Below the pieces are notes generated by a model that had not been told where the DNA came from, made no database searches, and saw only the letters and a program-made list of their open reading frames with translations. Position numbers and translations under genes: made by a program. Source: an uncultured Gemmatimonadales bacterium (GTDB lineage: Bacteria; Gemmatimonadota; Gemmatimonadetes; Longimicrobiales; Gaopeijiaceae). Taken from it: a stretch of 64,000 nt of DNA. Numbering within the stretch: the first letter of the stretch is position 1; each line of letters starts with the position of its first letter. Location of the stretch: NCBI GenBank assembly GCA_963823035.1, contig CAWGKG010000004.1, forward strand, positions 192,001 through 256,000. Direction: 5' to 3'. Of the stretch, positions 24,982 to 35,771 are shown piece by piece.

Positions 24982-25431
24982 TCAGCGCTCCGCGAGCGAC
25001 TCCTGAGCGGCCACGACCTCGTCCATGCGGTCGGGCGCCACGGCGCGCACCCAACCCGCGAAGGAGGCATCCGTCACCAGAGCCTCCACGTCGGCGGCGT
25101 TCAGGTCCACGTCGGCACGACGTCCATTCTCGCAACGTACACGCAATGTGGTCGGCGTGTAGATCCCGCTGGTGAGCGCAGAGACCAGCCCGTTGAGAAA
25201 CGTCTGCTTCGCGATCACCGTCGCGTTGCCCGAGGGGCACATGCGCTCGACATCCACATCCACGTGGCCGATCAGCCCCGCGATCCAGAAGTGCTCCCAC
25301 TGGTCGAGGACGACGGGCGCGTGGGGCGCTCCCGCCCCCACCGTGATGGTGTGCTCGTAGCACCCGGCCACGGTGAGAACCAGCATCGTAGACGCCAACA
25401 TCCGTCCGCACCACCGCGCTCCGACCTTCAT
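24982..25431 (-). CDS. Bor/Iss family lipoprotein with C-terminal extension
   Basis: Lipobox VAGC; HFWIAGLIG..VDVERMC...QTFLNGLVSALTSGIYTPTTLRVRC matches lambda Bor motifs; GAGGAGG RBS. Confidence 0.78.
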   Translation of the reverse strand: MKVGARWCGRMLASTMLVLTVAGCYEHTITVGAGAPHAPVVLDQWEHFWIAGLIGHVDVDVERMCPSGNATVIAKQTFLNGLVSALTSGIYTPTTLRVRCENGRRADVDLNAADVEALVTDASFAGWVRAVAPDRMDEVVAAQESLAER

Positions 25432-25631
25432 TCGCGCCTCCTCGTAGGTTCGCGTCCGTCCGCCCTCGCGACGATCCGGTGACATGGGAACGGAAGCATC
25501 GCTCCGTGCCACCGCCCGACGAGTCTGCCCAACGCATTGTGTTGCAGGTACTTGCGTATACGCAGCGAGTTGTGGCCGGCACCTCCGGCGTCCTCCCGTG
25601 GCGACAGCTGCTCCATGTCGATCAGACACGC

Positions 25632-25660
25632 TTGCGTACGGCGACCGAGTTGGACATAGT
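25632..25660 (+). promoter_or_regulatory. Putative sigma70-type promoter facing an unannotated region
   Basis: TTGCGT-N17-CATAGT; CATAGT also occurs at 30715-30720 upstream of the ArcE-like gene. Confidence 0.4.
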
Positions 25661-25666
25661 AGATAT

Positions 25667-25911
25667 GGCTGTCCGCCCCGTGGGCCGCGCAAGACGCCGC
25701 CAGCGGGGACAGATGGAAGGTCCCGAGGCCCTCCGGCGGAGGGCACGCGATACGTCGCGTGGCATGAGACGGACAGTGCGGACCGCACGCTGTGCCGGAA
25801 TCGTGCGGACCCCGTAGGTAGACCATCGGCGCCCCTCCTGGAGGAGGCCATGCCACCCGGCAGTTTCGGGAGGCCCGGAAGCGTGTGAAACGCTCCGGGC
25901 CTCCTTCGTTT
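25667..25911 (+). ncRNA. Candidate structured small RNA (unknown family)
   Basis: Lies between a putative promoter and a + strand terminator; consecutive stems CTGTCC/GGACAG, GCCCTCC/GGAGGGC, ACGCGA-TACG-TCGCGT, GTGGCATG/CATGCCAC. Confidence 0.4.
25869..25911 (+). terminator. Intrinsic terminator-like hairpin with T-rich tail on + strand
   Basis: GGAGGCCCGGA...TCCGGGCCTCC followed by TTCGTTT; abuts the acyl-CoA ligase stop on the opposite strand. Confidence 0.6.
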
Positions 25912-27540
25912 CAGGCCGGCGCGTTCGGTCGCGTCCCTCCGAACTCCTCGCGCAGCCGCGCCTTCTGGACCTTGCCGGTGGCACCGAGGGGGAGGGCGTC
26001 CAGGAAGACGATGTCGTCAGGGAGCCACAGCTTCGCCACCCGCGTCTCGAGAAACGTCGAGGATCGACTCCCGGGTGGGCGACGCGCCGGCTGCCGCCTG
26101 GACGAAGAGCAGAGGGCGTTCGCCCCACTTCTCGTGCGGGACTCCGATCACGGCGGCCATCGCGACCTCCGGGTGACGCCCGGCCGCGTCCTCGAGGTCG
26201 ATGGAGCTGATCCACTCGCCTCCGGACTTGATGAGGTCCTTCTTCCGGTCCGTGATCTGCATCGTCCCGTCGGGGTGGATCACGGAGATGTCCCCGGTGG
26301 GGAACCAACCGTCCTCCGTGAGCGCGCTCCCCGGCTCGTCTCCATAGTAGGCCGAACACACCCACGGGCCACGGATCTCGAGCTCGCCGAAGGCCTTCCC
26401 GTCCCGGGGTAGGGGCGTGCCGTCGGCGTCCACGATCCGCAGCTCCACGCCCGGGACCTGTCGGCCCTGGCGGACGATGTGCTCGACCTTCTCGTCCTCG
26501 GTGAAGTCCGCCTCGAAGGGTGACAGCGCGCTCATGGTCCCGATCGGGCTCGTCTCGGTCATCCCCCAACCGTGCAGCACATCGATGCCGCGGGTGAGGA
26601 AGCGCTCGACCATGGAGCGGCCGGGGGCTGCGCCCCCGGTGGTGGCCGTGCGCAGCGTCGGGACGCTCGCGCCGGTCTCGTCCCAATGCGCGAGCAGACC
26701 GAGATGGACCGTGGGAACGCCGCAGTAGGTGGTCACGCCCTCCGCGTTCATGAGCTCCGTGAGGCCGGCTCCGTCCAGGCGCGGGCCCGGCATGACCAGC
26801 TTGTAGCCGCACATCGCGGCCCCGTACGGGACACCCCACGCGTTGACGTGGAACATCGGCACGACGGGAAGCAGGGCCTCCTCCGGGCCGATCGAGAGCA
26901 TCCCCGGCATGGCGGCGCCATAGGCGTGCAGCACGGACGAGCGGTGCGAGTACACCACGCCCTTCGGGTTGCCCGTGGTCCCGGACGTGTAGCAGATGCC
27001 GGAGGCCGTGTTCTCGTCGAACGTCGGCCAGGTGTATGCGCCGTCCTGCGCCTCGAGAAGATCCTCGTAGCAGAGCGCGTTCGGCACCGTGGTCTCGGGC
27101 ATGTGCTCGCGGTCCGTCATCACGACCAGGTGGCGCACGGTCTGGAGCTTCTCCCAAACCGCCTCGACGAGAGGAAGGAACGTCAGGTCGACGAAGAGGG
27201 CGCGGTCCTTCGCGTGGTTCAGGACGTAGACACCCTGCGTCGGGTGGAGGCGCGGATTCACCGTGTGGATGACGGCGCCCATCCCCGACACGCCGTAGTA
27301 GAGCTCGAGGTGTCGGTGCGTGTTCCAGGCGATCGTGCCCACCACGTCACCCTCTGCGATCCCCAGAGCCGCGAGGGCCTGGGCGAGCTGCCGGGCGCGC
27401 CGATGCGCGTCCTGCCAACCGTAGCGGTGGATGGGCCCCTCCACCGTCCGGGTGACGATCTCCGTGCGACGGAACACCGCGTCGGCGTGCTCGATGAGCG
27501 AGGAGACGAGCAGGGGTGTCTCCATCATCAGACCGCGCAT
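25911..27540 (-). CDS. Acyl-CoA ligase (AlkK/DmdB-like medium/long-chain fatty acid-CoA ligase), frameshift near 26050
   Basis: [72 protein letters not shown]. Confidence 0.92.
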
Positions 27541-27845
27541 GGCTGACTCCGGGCGGGGGTGGGCGGGGCGCACAAGCTAGGCGGGGCGCGCCCGCTCCCG
27601 CAAAGACAGCGCCTCTGGCGCGGGCCACCGGGCGATTCGGGCGACCGCCTCGCGGTCGCCGGGGGGACGCCGTCGCCACCACGCTGGCCAGGCGGAACCC
27701 GGGAAGCCATGGCCGACGCCGCCGCCCACCACGCATCGCGAACTCTCGGCACACCACACTAGTTTGCCCCGGCTCGGCGTCCGCCATGGTGCGGGGTTGC
27801 CGCCGACCTGTCCGAAACCGGGACCCTGCCCATCCGGAGACCGCC

Positions 27846-28121
27846 ATGCACGCCTCCCTCCTCCAGCAGCTCACCGACGAGGAGCTCGACGCCTACATCC
27901 TCACGCGCCTCGCGGCCGTGGGGGTGGACCTCTCCGTGCTGCCGGAGAACGATCCCGACGCGCCTGCGGATCGTCGGGGAATCCTCGCGGGAGCGCGGCG
28001 CTTCCTGCGAAGCACGCCGCCCGCGATCCTGGCCTGGGAGCCCGACGTGCAGCGGGTGGCGCCGTCGATGTACCCCGCGGCGCTCGCGCCCCTCCTGCGC
28101 GAGGAGGGCGGCCATGGCTGA
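27846..28121 (+). CDS. Small hypothetical protein overlapping the amidase start
   Basis: MHASLLQQLTDEELDAYILTRLAAVGVDLSVLP... 91 aa; GGAG RBS; coding-like codon pattern; 8-nt overlap with the amidase. Confidence 0.65.
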   Translation: MHASLLQQLTDEELDAYILTRLAAVGVDLSVLPENDPDAPADRRGILAGARRFLRSTPPAILAWEPDVQRVAPSMYPAALAPLLREEGGHG

Positions 28122-29848
28122 GGTCCCGCCGCAGGATCGCCGGATCGATCGCAGGCTCTTCCTCGAGCACATGGCGCGCCTCACGGCGGCCGCCGCCGGC
28201 GTGGCGCTCACGCCCGCCCCCACGTCGGCCGCCGTCGTCGCGACCACGCCGTACCTGCGCTCGCTGCGGCTCCCCGAGCCCGATACCGTCCCGGCCACCG
28301 AGCCGTTCGAGATGACGTTGGTGCAGCTGGCTTCCCTCATCCGCGCCCGCTCGCTGAGCCCGACGGAGCTGCTCGGGGCGTATCACCGGCGCATCCGCGC
28401 GTACGACGCCGTGCTCAAGGCGTTCAACACCGTGCCGGAGGACGCCGCGGCCGAGGAGGCCCGACGGCTGACGGACGCACCGTGGTCGGGCCCGCTGCAC
28501 GGCATCCCGCTCGCGATCAAGGACAACTACTACACGGCCGGCGTGCGCACGACGGCGAACTCGCACATCTTCGCGGACTTCGTCCCCGACTTCGACGGAA
28601 CCGCCTGGGCACGCCTGAAGGCGGCGGGCGCGATCCTCCTCGGAAAGACGCAGATGGGGCCCCTGGCGACGAGCCGGGCGACGACGCCGGACGGCGAGCC
28701 GACCACCGTGAACGCATGGGCGCCGGCCGACCCCTCGGTGGATCCCGGCGGCTCGTCGAGCGGGTCGGCAACGTCCGTCGCGGCGCGCATGGCGGCCTCC
28801 AGCACCGGAACGCAGACCGGCGGGTCCATCACGAACCCGTCGAGCCGGCAGGGGCTCACCGGCCTGAAGCCCACCATGGGGAGGGTCTCGCTCCACGGGA
28901 TCATCCCGCTGACGTATACGCGCGATCATCCCGGTCCCCTGGCGCGCGACGCCGCCGACGCGGCGGTCATGCTGCAGACCATGGCGGGGCCGGACCCACG
29001 CGACCCACGCACCCTCGGTCACCCCCCCGTCCCGGACCTCGTGCAGGCGGCCGAGCCCGTCCGGCAGCGGGACGGGGTGACACTGCGCTGGCCGTCCACG
29101 ATCGGGGTGCTCCCCGGCTACCTGGACGCGCCGGACGACGACGACCCGGGTGGCTTCGGGGGGTTCCGCCGCCGGGAAGAGACGGCGGAGGAGCGCGAAC
29201 GACGCGTGCGCGAGGCGCGCGAGCGCCGGAGCGCGGAGGAGGAGGCGCGCCGCGCGATGCTCTCGACCTTCGAGTCCCTCGGTGCCCGCGTCGTCGAGGT
29301 CGGAGCTACCGGAGGAGTGGGAGCTGCTCACGGGCGGCGACTTCAACAACGTCCGCCTGCCGGAGCGCACCGAGCCGTTCCTGACGTACATGAAGAAGGA
29401 CGTGCGTCTCTTCGGCGTGTCCCTCTCGCCCTGGGTCAACGGCCTCCTCCTCGGGGGGCCGGAGTACCTGCGCGGCCAGAGGGCCAAGCTGGTGCTCCTC
29501 GAGCGCGTGCTCGACGGGCTCTTCGCGCAGTGCGACGTGGTGGTTCAGACTTCGCCCATCCCCTTCGACATCATCGGTCTCCCGCTCATCGCCTTTCCGA
29601 TCGGAATGGAGCGCTCGCGCGGCTTCGACCTCCCCGTGGCCGGGATGTTCGGGGGGCTCCCCTGGGGCGAGGAGCGGCTGCTGTCGCTGGTGGCCGCCTA
29701 CCAGGCCGTGACGGACTGGCACCAGCGCCGCCCGGCGGATCCCGCCCCGGCGACCGGGGGCGCGGACGGTCGCGGAGCCGGCTCGGAGGCGACGTCGCCC
29801 ACTGCGCGACGTCTGGACGTCCACGACGTGATGGAGGAGGGCCAGTAG
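28114..29848 (+). CDS. Amidase-signature family enzyme with Tat signal (frameshift near 29300)
   Basis: DRRLFLEHMARLTAAAAGVAL signal; PLHGIPLAIKD (Lys), PGGSSSGSA, GTQTGGSI (Ser), GLKPTMGRVS. Confidence 0.88.
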
Positions 29849-30620
29849 ATGGAGGCGCGCGCCGCGGAGCCCACCCGGCTCCTGGAGGAGATGTCCTGGC
29901 CGGAGGTCGAACGGGCACTCGCCGGCGGGGCGAACCACGGTGGTGGTGGCGCTGGCCGCCATCGAGCAGCACGGACCCCACCTCCCGCTCCTGGTGGACG
30001 CCGCGCGGGGCGACCGCCTCGCGCTCGAGGTTGCGACGCGCCTGGGCGACGACGCGCTGGTTGCCCCCACGATCCGCGTGGGCTGCTCCGAGCACCACAT
30101 GACGTTCCCGGGAACGATCTCCCTCCGGCGTTCCACGCTGGAGGCGATCTGCATGGACTATTGCGTCAGCCTGGCCCGTCACGGTTTCCGCCGGATCTGC
30201 CTGGTCCCGTCCCACGGGGGCAACTTCGGCCCGCTGAGCGACATGCTCGCCGACCTGCGCAGCGCCGTGGCTCCGGAGTGCGAGGTGCTGGCGTACACCG
30301 ACCTCATCGGGTTCATGGACGTCTGGGTGGCGGCCGTCGCGGAGGTGTCGGAGGACCTGGCGGTTCGCGTGGGAGGCCATGCGGACGTGGCGGAGACGTC
30401 CGAGATGATGGTGATCCGTCCCGATCTCGTCCGGGAGGACCGCCTGAGCGCCGGCTACACCGGAGGCACGGATCCGGCGGTCTTCCGGCGCATCTTCGAG
30501 GAGGGGCTCCGCGCCGTGACCGACAACGGCGTCCTCGGCGACGCGCACGGGGCCACGGCGGAGATCGGCCGGCGCTGCATCGAGCGGGCGGCGGACGCCG
30601 TCGTGCGGGGGCTGGGCTAG
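29849..30620 (+). CDS. Creatininase family amidohydrolase (frameshift near 29935)
   Basis: LEEMSWPEV, AIEQHGPHLPL..D, VGCSEHHMTFPGT, SHGGN, GGHADVAETS, NGVLGD. Confidence 0.9.
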
Positions 30621-30760
30621 GAGGCTGCCGGGCCCGCCCGCGAGATCGACGGGTCACATCGCCTGGTTCGGAGGCCTGGGCGACACGACCTTCTTCGGCG
30701 CCAGGCCGGTTGTGCATAGTTTTGAAGAAGCCAGGCCCTCCCCGAAACGACTCGAGAGCC

Positions 30761-32123
30761 ATGAACGAGCGCGTCCTGATCCTGGGAGCCGCGGGTCGCG
30801 ACTTCCACGTCTTCAATACCGTCTACCGCAACCATCCCACCGCCCGCGTGGTGGCCTTCACCGCCCAGCAGATCCCCCACATCGACGGGCGCCGCTATCC
30901 CCCCGAGCTTGCCGGCGCCGCCTACCCGGAGGGCATCCCCATCCGTCGGGAGGAGGAGCTGGACGAGATCATCGCGTCGGAGGGCGTGACGCGATGCGTC
31001 ATGGCGTACTCCGACGTCTCCTACGACTACGTGATGCACCTGGCGAGCCGCGTGAACGCGGCGGGTGCCGACTTCGAGCTCGGTGGCGCCGCGCGCACCA
31101 TGCTGCCGTCCACGCGTCCCGTCGTGGCCGTGTGCGCGTCGCGTACGGGCGTCGGGAAGAGCCAGACGAGCCGAGCCGTCGCGAACCTCCTGCGCGGAGC
31201 GGGGCTGCGCGTCGGCGTGGTCCGCCACCCCATGCCCTACGGCGACCTGGTGAAGCAGCGCGTGCAGCGCTTCGCCGGCGAGGAGGATCTCGTCCGCTAC
31301 GAGGCGACGATCGAGGAGCGCGAGGAGTACGAGCCGCACATCGCGAATGGCTCCCCGGTCTTCGCCGGCGTCGACTACGGGGCGATCCTGAGGGCCGTGG
31401 AGGAGGAAGCGGACGTGGTGCTCTGGGACGGGGGCAACAACGACACCTCCTTCTTCGAGGCCGACGTCTACATCACGCTCGTCGACCCGCACCGCCCGGG
31501 CCACGAGCTGTCCTACTACCCGGGGGAGACGAACGTCAGGCTCGCCGACGTCGTCATCGTCAACAAGGTGCAGACCGCCGAGCCCGAGAACGTCGAACGG
31601 GTGATCGCGAACGTCCGCAGCGTGAACCCGCGCGCCATGATCCTCAAGGCCGCGTCGCCGCTCACGGTGGACGATCCCTCGGTCCTCACCGGCAAGAGGG
31701 TCCTCGTCGTCGAGGACGGCCCCACCCTCACGCACGGCGGCATGAAGTACGGCGCGGGCGTGCTCGGCGCGCGCGACGCCGGCGCGGCCGAGATCGTCGA
31801 TCCGCGCCCCTTCCTGGTCGGTGAGCTCGAGGAGACGTTCCGGAAGTACCCGGACCTGGGCGCCCTCCTCCCGGCGATGGGCTACGGGGAGAAGCAGGTC
31901 GCCGACCTCGAGGCGACCCTGCGCCGCGCGGCGGAGGGCGGCGTCGAGGCGGTGGCGGTCGGAACGCCGATCGACCTGCAGAGGCTCGTCGACGATCCCG
32001 GTGCCGTCCACGCGGGTGCGCTACGAGTTGAAGGTGCTCGGCCACCCCGACCTGAGCGACGCGCTCGCGCCGATCCTCGCGAAGGCGGGGGTGGATGCCG
32101 CGGGGAGGGGCGCCGCGGATTGA
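30761..32123 (+). CDS. P-loop enzyme of the cDPG-synthase-like/arginine synthetase (ArcE-like) family, frameshift near 31990
   Basis: VLILGAAGRDFHVFN, VVAFTAQQIP..RRYPPELAG, RTGVGKSQ P-loop, VRHPMPYGDL, TIEEREEYE, WDGGNND, EDGPTLTHGGM, LPAMGYG. Confidence 0.8.
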
Positions 32124-33228
32124 CGGGCCCGTCGTCGCGGTCTTCGTCACCCCGCACGGATTCGGCCACGCCGCCAGGGCCGCCGCCGTCATGGCGGAGC
32201 TGGCGCGCGTGGCCGACGCGCGTTTCGAGCTGTACGCGGCGACGCCGAGGTGGTTCTTCGACGAATCCGTGCGGGGTCGCTACAGGCGTCCACGAGCTGC
32301 GCACCGACGTGGGTTTCGTGCAGCGCTCCGCGCTGGCGCAGGACCTCCCGGCGACCGTTGCGGCGCTTCGGGCGTTCCTCCCTTTCGACGACGCCCTCGT
32401 CGACGGGCTGGCCCTCGAGGTGCGGAGGGCGGGCTGCCGCGCCGTGCTGTGCGACGTGGCGGCGCTGGGGATCGCCGTCGCCGAGCGCGCGGGGGTGCCC
32501 TCGGTCCTGATCGAGAACTTCACCTGGCCGTGGCTCTACGAGCCCCACCTGGAGGAGGCGCCCGCGCTCGCGGCGCTCTCCGAGCGGCTGGCGGCGTGGT
32601 ACGCGCGCGCCACCTTCCACGTCCAGGCCGAGCCGGTGTGCGCCCCGGACCCGCGGGCCGACCTCGTCGTGCCCCCGATCAGCCGTGCGCCGAGACGATC
32701 CCGCGAGGAGAGCCGCGCCGCGCTCGGGCTGGACGAGCTCGAGCCTGCGGTGCTGGTGACGTTGGGCGGGGTGCCGCACGAGCTCGGCTTCCTCGACAGG
32801 ATGCGGGGCGTGCCGGGCGTGACCTTCCTCGTCACGGGCGCCGCCGCCACGGGCCGCGACGGCAACGTGCACCTCTACGACAACGACACGCCGATCTTCA
32901 TGCCGGACATCGTGCGGGCCGTGGACGCGGTGGTGGGCAAGCCGAGCTACGGGACCGTCGCCGAGGTCTGGCGCGAGGGGCGCCCGTTCGCCTGGGTGAC
33001 GCGCCCGGACTTCCGGGAAGGCGGGCCCCTGGGTGCATGGGTTTCGTGACCGTCTCGCCGGATTCTCGATGGATGCCGCGGAGTTCGAATCCGGAGACTG
33101 GCTGGCGCGCGTTCCCGGGCTGCTCGCGACCTCGGCACCCCCCGGCGGCTGGCGAGGGGGGCGCGGAGCGGGTCGCCGCCTATCTCACGGAACGGGTGCC
33201 GGGAGGCCCGTCAGGAGCGGGTCGGTGA
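32095..33228 (+). CDS. GT-B fold glycosyltransferase-like protein (arabinokinase N-terminal-like), frameshifted
   Basis: [58 protein letters not shown]...RPDFRE. Confidence 0.7.
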   Translation: MPRGGAPRIDGPVVAVFVTPHGFGHAARAAAVMAELARVADARFELYAATPRWFFDESVRGRYRRPRAAHRRGFRAALRAGAGPPGDRCGASGVPPFRRRPRRRAGPRGAEGGLPRRAVRRGGAGDRRRRARGGALGPDRELHLAVALRAPPGGGARARGALRAAGGVVRARHLPRPGRAGVRPGPAGRPRRAPDQPCAETIPRGEPRRARAGRARACGAGDVGRGAARARLPRQDAGRAGRDLPRHGRRRHGPRRQRAPLRQRHADLHAGHRAGRGRGGGQAELRDRRRGLARGAPVRLGDAPGLPGRRAPGCMGFVTVSPDSRWMPRSSNPETGWRAFPGCSRPRHPPAAGEGGAERVAAYLTERVPGGPSGAGR

Positions 33229-34903
33229 CACCGAAGGCGTGCACGGCCAGCATCCCCAGCACGCCGATGACCGCGAGGTAGTAGAGCGTCGGCAGGATCG
33301 TCTTGCGCAGCGTGGCGCCTTCGCGCCCGAGCAGGCCGACCGTGGCGGAGGCGGCCACCACGTTGTGGATCGCGATCATGTTGCCCGCCGCCGCGCCCAC
33401 CGCCTGGAGAGCCACGATCATCACGGTCGACATGGCCAGGCGCTCGGCCACGCCGTACTGGAAGGCCGAGAACATCAGGTTGCTGACCGTGTTGGACCCG
33501 GCGATGAAGGCACCCAGCGCCCCCGTGGCGCCGGCGAAGAGCGGCCATACCCGCCCCACGTTGCCGGCTACCCACTCGGCCATGGCGATCGGCATCGAGA
33601 GCATCCCGGCGCCGTTCACGTCCGAGTTGATGTAGACGCGCACCATCGGCACCGTGAAGACGAGGACGATCCCCGCGCCCACGAGCACGCCCGCCGAGGA
33701 GCGCACGGCGGCTGCCACCTCGCGCGCGGGCATGCGGTGCAGGAAGGCCGTCACCGCGACCACCACGATGAGGATGAAGCCCGGGAGGTAGAGCGGCGTG
33801 GTCGACGCCGAGATCCCCGTGCCGAAGATGTCGGCCCACGTCAGCGCCGGGGCGCGCAACCACGCGCCGATGGGGAGGGACGGGAGGCGCGTCAGCACGA
33901 GCAGGAGCCCGACGAGCGCATAGGGCGCCCATGCCATCGCGGTGGAGATGCGCCCGCTCCCCTCCGACACCTCGGCCATCTCCTCCTCCAGACCGCTCAC
34001 CCAGTCCTCCCCCCAGGCGTCGCGCGGCGGGAAGTCCCAGCTGTCCTTCGGGAGGAGGATGCCGCGCCGCGCGGCCGCGACCACGATGGCGAGGCCGACC
34101 GGTGCGCCGAGGAGCGAGGGGAACTCCGGCCCCAGGAAGATGCCGAACAGCACGTACGGCACCGTGAAGGCGATCCCGCCGAAGAGCGTGAAGGGGAAGG
34201 CGCGCAGCCCCTCCGTCCACGACCGGTTGGCGCCGAAGAAGCGCGTCATCATCACCACCATGAAGGTGGGGATGAGCACGCCCGCGGCGGCGTGCAGGAG
34301 CACCGCCCGCGCGGTGACGAGGTGCAGGTAGTCCGTCATCGTGATGCCGGCCGCCGCGAGCTGGGCCGAGAAGGCCTCGCCACCCAGCCCGCCCTGCACG
34401 CCCACGAGGATCGGCGTGCCCACAGCGCCGAAGGTCACGGGCGTGCTCTGGACCATCATTCCGAGCATCACGGCGCAGGCTGCCGGAAAGCCCAGTGCCA
34501 CCATGAGGGGGGCGGCGACCGCGGCCGGCGTGCCGAACCCGGCGGAGCCCTCGATGAAGGCTCCGAAGAGCCAGCAGACGATGACCACCTGCACGCGCCG
34601 GTCGTCGCTGATGCCGTGGAAGCTCCGGCGGATGGCGGCCACGCCGCCCGAGCGTTCGAGCGTGTGCAGGAGGAGGAGCGCACCGAAGATGATGAAGAGG
34701 AGGTCGAACGTCAGGAACAGGCCCTGCACGGAGGCCGCGGCCACGCGGGTGGGCGCCATGCGCCACGCCTGCAGCGCCACGACCACGGCGGCGAGGTAGG
34801 CCGCCGGCATGGCCCGCTTGGCCGGGACGCGGAATCCGACGAGGAGGGAGCCGCCGAGCGCGATCGGAAGGAGCGCCAGGAGGGCCTGCATCCCGAGGCT
34901 CAT
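33185..34903 (-). CDS. lctP: L-lactate permease family transporter
   Basis: [73 protein letters not shown]. Confidence 0.92.
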   Translation of the reverse strand: MSLGMQALLALLPIALGGSLLVGFRVPAKRAMPAAYLAAVVVALQAWRMAPTRVAAASVQGLFLTFDLLFIIFGALLLLHTLERSGGVAAIRRSFHGISDDRRVQVVIVCWLFGAFIEGSAGFGTPAAVAAPLMVALGFPAACAVMLGMMVQSTPVTFGAVGTPILVGVQGGLGGEAFSAQLAAAGITMTDYLHLVTARAVLLHAAAGVLIPTFMVVMMTRFFGANRSWTEGLRAFPFTLFGGIAFTVPYVLFGIFLGPEFPSLLGAPVGLAIVVAAARRGILLPKDSWDFPPRDAWGEDWVSGLEEEMAEVSEGSGRISTAMAWAPYALVGLLLVLTRLPSLPIGAWLRAPALTWADIFGTGISASTTPLYLPGFILIVVVAVTAFLHRMPAREVAAAVRSSAGVLVGAGIVLVFTVPMVRVYINSDVNGAGMLSMPIAMAEWVAGNVGRVWPLFAGATGALGAFIAGSNTVSNLMFSAFQYGVAERLAMSTVMIVALQAVGAAAGNMIAIHNVVAASATVGLLGREGATLRKTILPTLYYLAVIGVLGMLAVHAFGVTDPLLTGLPAPVP

Positions 34904-34931
34904 GCCGCGAACCCCGCTCGCTCCAGGGCCC

Positions 34932-35609
34932 TCAGAAGGGCACCTCGACCGCCTTGCACAGGAAGGCCATGAAGGGTGACCCGGCCGCGAGCAGCTTCGC
35001 CAGCGCGCCCGGGAGGTCGGGGCTCGTCACGAACGACTGGGTGACGCTGCAGCCGCCGATGAAGTCCTTCCACTTGAGGTCCTCGGCCATCGGGTGCTCC
35101 GGGTCGAAGCCCCGCGGCGCACGGCTCAGCCGATCGCCCGACAGCTCGAAGCTGTCGGTGAACTTCTTTCCCCGGGACGCCTTCTTCCACGCGGCCGGGT
35201 CCTCGACGATGGCCTCGCGGATGCGGCGCGTGGTCGGCCCGTCCGGGTGCCAGATCCCCAGCCCCACGAAGCAGGCGCCGGGCTCGATGTGCACGTAGTA
35301 GCCCGGCGCGTGCACGTCGCCGGCGCGATCGTGTCGGAAGTGGATGCCCGTGTGGGTCTTGTAGGGGCTCTTGTCCTTCGCGAAGCGCGTGTCGCGATGG
35401 ATGCGGAAGAGCGCGCGCGGGCCGGCGCTGAAGTGCGGGCTGATGCGGCCGAGGCCGTCCTGGAAGTCCTGGATGAAGCGGAGCGCCGGCACCTTCACCT
35501 GGTCCTCGTAGCGGGCCTTGTTCTCGGCGAACCAGTCGCGGCGGTTGTTCGCCGCGAGCTCCTTGAGGAACTGGAAGGTCCTGGTGGTGAAGTACGGCGT
35601 CGGCGTCAC
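34932..35609 (-). CDS. DUF2461 family protein
   Basis: [54 protein letters not shown]. Confidence 0.9.
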   Translation of the reverse strand: MTPTPYFTTRTFQFLKELAANNRRDWFAENKARYEDQVKVPALRFIQDFQDGLGRISPHFSAGPRALFRIHRDTRFAKDKSPYKTHTGIHFRHDRAGDVHAPGYYVHIEPGACFVGLGIWHPDGPTTRRIREAIVEDPAAWKKASRGKKFTDSFELSGDRLSRAPRGFDPEHPMAEDLKWKDFIGGCSVTQSFVTSPDLPGALAKLLAAGSPFMAFLCKAVEVPF

Positions 35610-35771
35610 GGCTCCTCCTCCCGTCGGGCTCGGTGATCGACGCAAGGGAGCTTACCCGGCGTCGGACCACAAGGGAGGGGGCGCTCGTGCCGGCGACGTT
35701 CGTCGTGCACGCGGCCATGCGGGACGAGAAGATCCCGAGGGCGCCCGTCCGCTGAGCGGGCCGACGGGGGC

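Noticed and set aside
25496..25511. Sigma54 promoter for the Bor-like gene (TGGCACGGAGCGATGC, minus strand)
   Set aside because: GG-to-GC spacing is 11 rather than 10; could only hold if an indel error is present
29849..33049. 1066-aa creatininase/ArcE/GT fusion
   Set aside because: Off-frame linkers between recognisable domains; each gene has its own start and stop in other frames
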